64,000 bases of DNA from Dechloromonas sp. (GTDB lineage: Bacteria; Pseudomonadota; Gammaproteobacteria; Burkholderiales; Rhodocyclaceae): positions 8,305 to 72,304 of the forward strand of contig JAEUOH010000116.1 in the NCBI GenBank assembly GCA_016790845.1, written 5' to 3'. Position 1 is the stretch's first letter. Each line of letters starts with the position of its first letter. The notes beneath the pieces are model-generated. The model searched no databases, was not told where the DNA came from, and was given only the letters and a program-made list of their open reading frames with translations. This document shows positions 57,552 through 64,000 of this stretch, in pieces. A program made the translations under genes and the position numbers.

Positions 57552-58784
57552 TCAGAAACCCTTGGAGTATTGCACGCCGACGATGTGTGCGCTGTCGTCG
57601 TAGGTTCCGCGCAGGCTGCTGGTCAGGCCTGGCCCGAAGGTCTTGGTCTGATTGATGCTCGGATCCTTGAGATACAGGTACGCATAGCCGACATCGATCT
57701 TGCCGTAAACGCCGCCGTTCCACTGCGCCCCCAACGACAGCCACAGGCGGTCGTTATCCGGCACGCGCGCGGAGCGATTCTGGTTGTTGGTCGGCGTGGT
57801 GTCCCAGGCGATACCGAACTTGAGCTTCCAGGCATCGTTCGCCTTGTAAGCCGCACCCCAGGCAATGCGCCAGGCGTTGTCGTAGTCGAAGGCTTCGCTG
57901 GAAAGCTGGACGCCCGTGTTGCGGCTGACGACATTCAGCGAATTGAGCGTGTTCCACTGGGTGTAGGACAGGTCGCCCATGGCTTCCCATTTATCCGACA
58001 CCTGCTGCCAGACAGAGAGAATGAAAGTGCCCGGCAACTTGAGGTCGGCCTTGACCGGCGTCGAGGAAACAGCAGTCGAAGCGGTGCCGTCCAGCGTGTA
58101 GTTGATGGCCGAACGATAGGAAACGCCGACACGCATGGCCGGCGATAGGGTAAACAGGGCGCCGGCGTTCCAGCCCCAAGCGCCATCGTCGCCATTGAGC
58201 TTGGAGTAGGCCAAGCGGCCTGGCACGGCCGAAGTCATTTCGGCGTCGATGGTCTGGTAGTTGAGGCCCAGGCCGAGCGAAACCTTGTCATTGACCTTCC
58301 AGGCCAGCGACGGGTTGTAATTGACCGTCGTGACTTCCGACTTGATAGCCTGGTACTTGCCGATCCAGTTGCCATTGTCGTATTCCGTCTTCAGCCCGAA
58401 CGGCGCGGAGATGCCGAGACCGATGAACCAGTCCGGCGCCACTTGCCAGGACATATATGCGTTCGGCACGGCCGCCCAGCCGCCAGCATTGCCGCCGTTG
58501 TCGATGCGGTTACCCAGAAGCCCACTCGAACCGTTGTCGCTGAATTCGAAGCTCGGGCCAACCCCCGTCACCCCCGCAGAAATCTGGATGCCCGGCATCT
58601 GCGTCATGCCCGCCGGGTTGAAGAAAATGGTGCTGGCGTTGTCGGCCACCGCAGCCGAACCGGCATAGGCGGTTCCCAGACCGCTGGCATTCTGTTCCCA
58701 GAGTTGGAAGGCCGCCGCCGAAGCGGTTCCGGAAAAGGCGACCAGCAAGAGGGCCGGCACGGCCCGCATCGTCATATTTTTCAT
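57552..58784 (-). CDS. Long-chain fatty-acid outer-membrane transporter (FadL/OmpP1 family)
   Basis: AAFQL.EQNASGLG.AYAG, NPAGM and PDNDR motifs; C-terminal Phe. Confidence 0.92.
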   Translation of the reverse strand: MKNMTMRAVPALLLVAFSGTASAAAFQLWEQNASGLGTAYAGSAAVADNASTIFFNPAGMTQMPGIQISAGVTGVGPSFEFSDNGSSGLLGNRIDNGGNAGGWAAVPNAYMSWQVAPDWFIGLGISAPFGLKTEYDNGNWIGKYQAIKSEVTTVNYNPSLAWKVNDKVSLGLGLNYQTIDAEMTSAVPGRLAYSKLNGDDGAWGWNAGALFTLSPAMRVGVSYRSAINYTLDGTASTAVSSTPVKADLKLPGTFILSVWQQVSDKWEAMGDLSYTQWNTLNSLNVVSRNTGVQLSSEAFDYDNAWRIAWGAAYKANDAWKLKFGIAWDTTPTNNQNRSARVPDNDRLWLSLGAQWNGGVYGKIDVGYAYLYLKDPSINQTKTFGPGLTSSLRGTYDDSAHIVGVQYSKGF

Positions 58785-58825
58785 CTTGTCACTTCACCTG
58801 AGCAGGATTTTGCACCTGCCTGATT

Positions 58826-59230
58826 TTACGTATTTTCTGAAGGAACGGAACGTTTTTCGCCATTTCCGTCTATGGCAACGTAAGTTAGTTGCGCTTCTGT
58901 CACTTTGACTGTGACCGGATTGGCGTAGTTGCGTTCGGCATAAACCTCGACATTGACCGTGATCGATGTCCGCCCGACGTGCACGATCTCCGCAAAAAGA
59001 CTGACGATGTCACCTACCGACACCGGCTGCTTGAAGACGAAGGAATTGACCGAAACGGTCGCCACCCGGCCGCGCGCCCGGCGCATGGCGGGAATGGCAC
59101 CGGCGACGTCGACCTGGGCCATGACCCAGCCACCGAAGACATCGCCATTCTGGTTGAGGTCGGCCGGCATCGGCACCACGCGCAAGGTCGGTTGGTGCGC
59201 AGGAAGGAGGATGTTGCGGTCGACGCCCAT
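58826..59230 (-). CDS. Acyl-CoA thioesterase (YciA-like hotdog fold)
   Basis: PMPADLNQNGDVFGGWVMAQVD motif. Confidence 0.92.
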   Translation of the reverse strand: MGVDRNILLPAHQPTLRVVPMPADLNQNGDVFGGWVMAQVDVAGAIPAMRRARGRVATVSVNSFVFKQPVSVGDIVSLFAEIVHVGRTSITVNVEVYAERNYANPVTVKVTEAQLTYVAIDGNGEKRSVPSENT

Positions 59231-59316
59231 AATGTGCCCAAATTCAAATAAAGCCCGATTTTCCCGGAATCTCCCGAGTTTTCATATACTGGCGAAAACA
59301 TAAACAAGGCATCGTC

Positions 59317-61125
59317 ATGCGCCATAGCGCCGCCCTCCCCAAACCGCCCGCCGGCCAGGCTTTGCCGGAACGGCATGTGTGGCTGACCCTTCGTACCTTG
59401 CTGCCCTATCTCTGGGCCTATCGCCTGCGTGTGCTGGCAGCGCTCGGCTGCCTGTTCGCCGCCAAGGTCGCCAACGTCACCGTGCCCATCGTATTCAAGC
59501 ACATGATCGACGACCTCTCGCCCGGCGAGCAGGCGCTGGCCTTGCCGGTGCTGTTGCTCGTGCTTTACGGCTTGCTGCGTTTTTCGACCTCCCTCTTTAC
59601 CGAGTTGCGCGAGTTCCTGTTTGCCCGGGTGACGCAGCGTGCCGTCCGCCAGGTCGCGCTCGAAGTCTTCCGCCACTTGCACTCCCTGAGCTTGCGCTTC
59701 CATCTGGAGCGACAAACCGGAGGCGTTTCGCGCGACATCGAACGCGGCACCCGCTCGATTTCCAGCCTGATTTCCTACACGCTCTATTCGATCCTGCCGA
59801 CCCTGGTCGAAATTGGCCTCGTGCTCGGCATCCTGTTCGTCAAGTACGACCTCGGTTTTGTCATCATTACCCTCGTCTCGCTGGTCAGTTACATCGTATT
59901 CACGGTGACGGTCAGCAACTGGCGCATCGACATCCGGCGCGCCGTCAACGAAAGCGACTCCGCCGCCAATACACGCGCGGTCGACAGCCTGTTGAACTAC
60001 GAAACAGTCAAATACTTCAACAACGAGGCCTGGGAAGCACGGCGCTACGATGAGCAGATGCTCAAGTGGGAAGATGCCGCAACGCGTAGCCAGACTACGC
60101 TTTCGGCGCTCAACCTGGGTCAGCAGGCGATCATCGCGCTGGGCGTCACCGCCATGATGTGGCGCGCGGCCAACGGGGTGGTCGATGGGAACATGACCAT
60201 CGGCGACCTGGTGTTGGTCAACGCCTTCCTGATCCAGCTCTACCTTCCGCTGAACTTTCTTGGCATCGTCTATCGCGAGATCCGTCAGGCGCTGACCGAC
60301 ATCGAGCGCATGTTCAACCTGCTCAAGGAACACCGCGAGATCGCCGACGCTCCCGATGCGCGTGATTTGCCCGAAGGTCCGCTGCAGGTGAACTTCGCTG
60401 CGGTCGACTTCGCCTACGACCCCGAACGCCCTATCCTCCACAATCTCGATTTCGCGATTGCGCCTGGCAAGACGGTCGCGGTCGTCGGCCATTCCGGGGC
60501 CGGCAAATCCACCCTCGCCCGCTTGCTGTTCCGTTTCTACGACGTCACCGGCGGCGCCATCCGGATCAACGGTCACGATATCCGCAAGATCAGGCAGAGC
60601 AGCCTGCGCGCTGGGATCGGAATAGTTCCACAGGACACCGTGCTGTTCAACGATTCCATCTTGTACAACATACACTATGGGCGACCCGACGCCAGCCGCG
60701 AAGAAGTTTTTGCAGCCGCCCGCGCCGCCCAGTTGCATGACTTCATCGAATCCCTGCCACAGAAATACGAAACGCGGGTCGGCGAGCGCGGGCTCAAGCT
60801 GTCCGGCGGCGAAAAACAGCGCGTCGCCATCGCCCGCGCACTGCTCAAGAACCCGCCGATCCTGATCTTCGACGAAGCGACTTCGGCCCTCGATTCGGCG
60901 ACCGAACGCGCCATTCAGACACAACTCGAACTCGCCGCCGTCGGCCGCACCACATTGATCATCGCCCATCGGCTGTCGACCGTGATGAATGCCGATGAAA
61001 TTCTGGTCATGCAGAGCGGTCATGTGATCGAACGCGGCACCCATGCAGCATTGCTGGAAGCAAATGGCGGCTATGCCCAGATGTGGATGCTCCAGCAACT
61101 TGAGCAAGCCAGCGAAAACGGCTGA
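59317..61125 (+). CDS. ATM1/ABCB-type ABC exporter (fused permease-ATPase)
   Basis: FHLERQTG, DSLLNYETVKYF, GHSGAGKST, LSGGEKQR and DEATSALD motifs. Confidence 0.93.
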   Translation: MRHSAALPKPPAGQALPERHVWLTLRTLLPYLWAYRLRVLAALGCLFAAKVANVTVPIVFKHMIDDLSPGEQALALPVLLLVLYGLLRFSTSLFTELREFLFARVTQRAVRQVALEVFRHLHSLSLRFHLERQTGGVSRDIERGTRSISSLISYTLYSILPTLVEIGLVLGILFVKYDLGFVIITLVSLVSYIVFTVTVSNWRIDIRRAVNESDSAANTRAVDSLLNYETVKYFNNEAWEARRYDEQMLKWEDAATRSQTTLSALNLGQQAIIALGVTAMMWRAANGVVDGNMTIGDLVLVNAFLIQLYLPLNFLGIVYREIRQALTDIERMFNLLKEHREIADAPDARDLPEGPLQVNFAAVDFAYDPERPILHNLDFAIAPGKTVAVVGHSGAGKSTLARLLFRFYDVTGGAIRINGHDIRKIRQSSLRAGIGIVPQDTVLFNDSILYNIHYGRPDASREEVFAAARAAQLHDFIESLPQKYETRVGERGLKLSGGEKQRVAIARALLKNPPILIFDEATSALDSATERAIQTQLELAAVGRTTLIIAHRLSTVMNADEILVMQSGHVIERGTHAALLEANGGYAQMWMLQQLEQASENG

Positions 61126-61280
61126 CTTTCTCTATACTGCATCACGCTTGCGCTCACATGCTCTGCCTTGCCCCCGATGACAAATCCAGCGATTTCGCCT
61201 AATCCGCTTCCTGCGAGTCCGACTACCGGGAACCGCGGCTCGGCCGACCTCGTACCACGCATGCATCCGGGGATGGCGCG

Positions 61281-62192
61281 GTGAACGAGACCAAGGTGCT
61301 ACTCGTAGTCGGTGATTCGCCGAGCCGTGCCGACCTCACCGATTGCCTGTACAACGCCCCGGGTATCCGACTGCACACGGTCAATGACGCGGATGAAGCC
61401 ATGTTGGCATTACAGGACAGCAGCGACCGCTTCGATCTGCTGATTCTTGACTCCCAGATGCACGAACCAGCCAGCAAAGGGATGCTGGAACGCATCAAGG
61501 GCGACCGGCGACTGACCACGACACCCATCGTCCTGCTGACCCCTGCGCAGCCGACCGCGGCGCAGTTGCGCGAAGGCGCCGCCACAGGCGCCTTCCATTT
61601 TCTGGTCATGCCGGCCAACCGCGATGCGATCCTGGCGGTCGTTCACGCGGCGCTGGTCAAATCGTCGTTTCGCAATTTCCTGCGACAACAAATGGGCGCA
61701 CATTCCGAACGGCCGGAACTGCTGAACAATTGCGAGTTCTCGATCCGTACCCTGGAAGAAGCCGGCGAACTCGCGGCGCTGATCGCTCAAGCGTGCCCCA
61801 ACGCGGACGCAGCGTTATTCGGCATTTCGGAGTTGCTGGTCAACGGCGTCGAACACGGCAACCTCGGCCTGACCTACGAAGAGAAATCGCAATTAACGCT
61901 GAACGATCGGTGGAAAAGCGAAATCGACCGACGCTGCGCGCTTCCCGACAACCTGACCAAACGCGTTCGGCTGAGCTTTCAGCGTACGGAAGATCGAATC
62001 ACGCTGAGAATTTCCGACGACGGCCAGGGGTTCGCTTGGCGGAAATACCTTGAACTGGAGCCACAGCGCGCCAGTGACCCCAATGGGCGCGGCATCGCCC
62101 TGGCAAGATTATTGAGTTTCAGCAGCCTTCATTACGAGGGTTGCGGCAATGTCGCCGTGGCAACTATCGGGCCAGTCGGCGATCAAAGCTAG
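61281..62192 (+). CDS. Receiver-like domain fused to HATPase_c (anti-sigma kinase-like) domain
   Basis: DLLILD receiver core; ELLVNGVEHGN, ISDDGQGF and GRGIAL ATPase boxes. Confidence 0.8.
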   Translation: MNETKVLLVVGDSPSRADLTDCLYNAPGIRLHTVNDADEAMLALQDSSDRFDLLILDSQMHEPASKGMLERIKGDRRLTTTPIVLLTPAQPTAAQLREGAATGAFHFLVMPANRDAILAVVHAALVKSSFRNFLRQQMGAHSERPELLNNCEFSIRTLEEAGELAALIAQACPNADAALFGISELLVNGVEHGNLGLTYEEKSQLTLNDRWKSEIDRRCALPDNLTKRVRLSFQRTEDRITLRISDDGQGFAWRKYLELEPQRASDPNGRGIALARLLSFSSLHYEGCGNVAVATIGPVGDQS

Positions 62193-62326
62193 CAGGACAG
62201 CGCATTCCGCATTAGCAACACGCCTTAACCAAGCCGACATAAACTGTTTATACTGCCCGAAACCGACTCTTGATTACCCAAACCTCTTCCAGGCAACATT
62301 AGCCTTTACCCCCAGGAGATCAGCGA

Positions 62327-63253
62327 ATGAACACTAAAAGCATTTTCAGCGCCGCCCTGATCGTTGCAGCGCTTGCCGCCACCCCTGCCTTCGCTCAGGA
62401 TTCAGGTACCCTGAAAAAAATCAAGGACTCCGGTGGCGCCACAATGGGCGTCCGCGAATCCTCCGGCGGCCTGTCGTTTACGCTCGGCGACGGCAAGTTC
62501 GCCGGCTTCCACGTGGATCTTTGCGAACGCGTGCTGGCTGACATTCGGAAGCAGTTAGGGATGTCCCAGATGAACATCAAGTTCCAGCCGGTCACCTCGC
62601 AGAACCGCATCCCACTGATGCAGAACGGCACCATAGACATAGAATGCGGATCGACGACGAATAACACCGCTCGTCAGAAGGACGTCGCCTTCGCCGTCAC
62701 CACCTTCGTCGAGGAAGTACGGATCGCGGTCAAGGCCAACTCGGGCATCACCTCCATCGGGCAATTGAACGGCAAAAACGTCGCCACGACGACCGGCACG
62801 ACGTCCGTACAACTCCTGCGCAAGCACGAACGCGCCAACGGCGTCGATTTCAAGGAAGTCTTCGGCAAGGACCACGCTGACAGCTTTCTGCTGCTCGAAT
62901 CGGGCCGTGCCGATGCTTTCGTGATGGATTCGCAGATTCTCGCTGGCCTCATCGCCAAATCCAAGACACCTGGCGACTACAAGATCGTCGGTGAAATCCT
63001 CAATGTCGAGCCAATCAACATCATGATGCGCAAGGATGACCCGGCCTTCAAGAAAGCAGTCGACGACAGCCTGATCAAGCTGATGAAGTCGGGCGAGATC
63101 GCCAAGATCTACGACAAATGGTTCCTGCAGCCAATTCCGCCGGCCAATGTCCGCATCGGCCTGTCACCGTCGGACGCCACCAAGGCAGCGTGGGCCAACC
63201 CCAACGACAAACCGGCCGAGGATTACACCAAGAAGTGCACCGCCAACTGTTGA
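62327..63253 (+). CDS. Glutamate/aspartate ABC transporter substrate-binding protein (GltI-like)
   Basis: Signal peptide; NRIPL.QNGTIDIECGSTTN and GRADAFVMD motifs. Confidence 0.9.
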   Translation: MNTKSIFSAALIVAALAATPAFAQDSGTLKKIKDSGGATMGVRESSGGLSFTLGDGKFAGFHVDLCERVLADIRKQLGMSQMNIKFQPVTSQNRIPLMQNGTIDIECGSTTNNTARQKDVAFAVTTFVEEVRIAVKANSGITSIGQLNGKNVATTTGTTSVQLLRKHERANGVDFKEVFGKDHADSFLLLESGRADAFVMDSQILAGLIAKSKTPGDYKIVGEILNVEPINIMMRKDDPAFKKAVDDSLIKLMKSGEIAKIYDKWFLQPIPPANVRIGLSPSDATKAAWANPNDKPAEDYTKKCTANC

Positions 63254-63301
63254 GTTTGATGCCCGCCCCCGGGTGGGCTGCGTAACCGGAGGGGACTTAG
63301 A

Positions 63302-64000
63302 TTGGCTAACTGGGACTGGCAGGTCTTCTGCAAGAACACGATCGATGGCGAAGTGGTCTCGAGCTGTTTCGGCAGTGGCGGCGACATCACCTACCTCGAC
63401 TGGATGCTTTCGGCGTGGGGATGGACAGTCTCGGTCTCCCTGCTCAGCCTGGCTGTAGCGCTGGTTTTCGGCTCATTGATGGGTATCCTGCGCACAACGC
63501 CCAGCCGCAGCCTGGTATTCCTGGGCAACGCGTGGACCGAATTGTTCCGCAATATTCCGCTGCTCGTCCAGATCATGCTCTGGTATCACGTTCTACCGGC
63601 GCTGATCCCTGCGCTCAAGGACGTGCCTAGTTTCCTGCTGGTTGTGGCCGCACTCGGGCTATTCACATCGGCACGGATTTCTGAACAGGTGCGTGCCGGC
63701 ATCCAGTCACTTCCGCGTGGCCAGCGCATGGCGGCACAGGCCATCGGCTTCACGCTGCCGCAGACGTATCGCTACGTGCTGCTTCCGATGGCCTTCCGCA
63801 TTATCATCCCGCCGCTTACGAGCGAATCGATGAACATCGTCAAGAATTCGTCGGTCGCCTTCGCGGTGAGCATTTCGGAACTGACGCTGTTCGCGCTGCA
63901 GGCGCAGGAGGAAACTTCACGCGGGATCGAGATCTATCTTGGGGTCACTGCCCTTTACTTCATCACCGCATTCGCAATCAACCGTGTCCTGCACTTCATT
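63302..64000 (+). CDS. Amino-acid ABC transporter permease (GltJ-like), partial at the window edge
   Basis: GGAGG RBS then TTG; MANWDWQVF...ELFRNIPLLVQ...SARISEQVRAGI..LPRGQ; absent from the ORF track because there is no stop in the window. Confidence 0.88.
   Translation, partial: MANWDWQVFCKNTIDGEVVSSCFGSGGDITYLDWMLSAWGWTVSVSLLSLAVALVFGSLMGILRTTPSRSLVFLGNAWTELFRNIPLLVQIMLWYHVLPALIPALKDVPSFLLVVAALGLFTSARISEQVRAGIQSLPRGQRMAAQAIGFTLPQTYRYVLLPMAFRIIIPPLTSESMNIVKNSSVAFAVSISELTLFALQAQEETSRGIEIYLGVTALYFITAFAINRVLHFI

Noticed and set aside
59317-61125. ABC exporter as the missing ATPase of the adhesin secretion locus
   Set aside because: Its motifs are ATM1-type (Fe-S/glutathione export), it lies about 19 kb away among housekeeping genes, and it lacks HlyB-type features

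Overview
GC-rich betaproteobacterial chromosome segment; gene content suggests a Rhodocyclales/Dechloromonas-like host (inference). Housekeeping blocks: ubiA/ubiD, an MFS-acyltransferase/aas lysophospholipid salvage pair, recG, ridA, fadL-like porin, an ATM1-type ABC exporter and a Glu/Asp ABC importer. Main accessory findings: (1) a 12.9 kb element (10166-23076) with 24/25-bp terminal inverted repeats, a 5-bp TTTCC target duplication and Tn7-like repeated end sites, but TC...GA termini and no transposase. It carries a truncated TIR-WD40 gene, a 616-aa putative PD-(D/E)XK protein, an integron attC with a cassette remnant and an 8-gene KAS III/SDR/MBL/adenylate-forming/ATP-grasp/GNAT/Rieske operon of unknown product. 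(2) A family of short imperfect palindromes sits at the junctions of accessory modules. (3) A 3802-aa LEPR/DUF4347 adhesin is encoded with TolC, two membrane-fusion proteins and an M50 protease-HlyD fusion, but no ABC ATPase. (4) A sigma54-type promoter precedes a NifX/NifB-family gene coupled to a headless, HD-mutated Cca paralogue. No rRNA, tRNA or CRISPR array was seen. Product calls come from motif recognition only; no database search was run.
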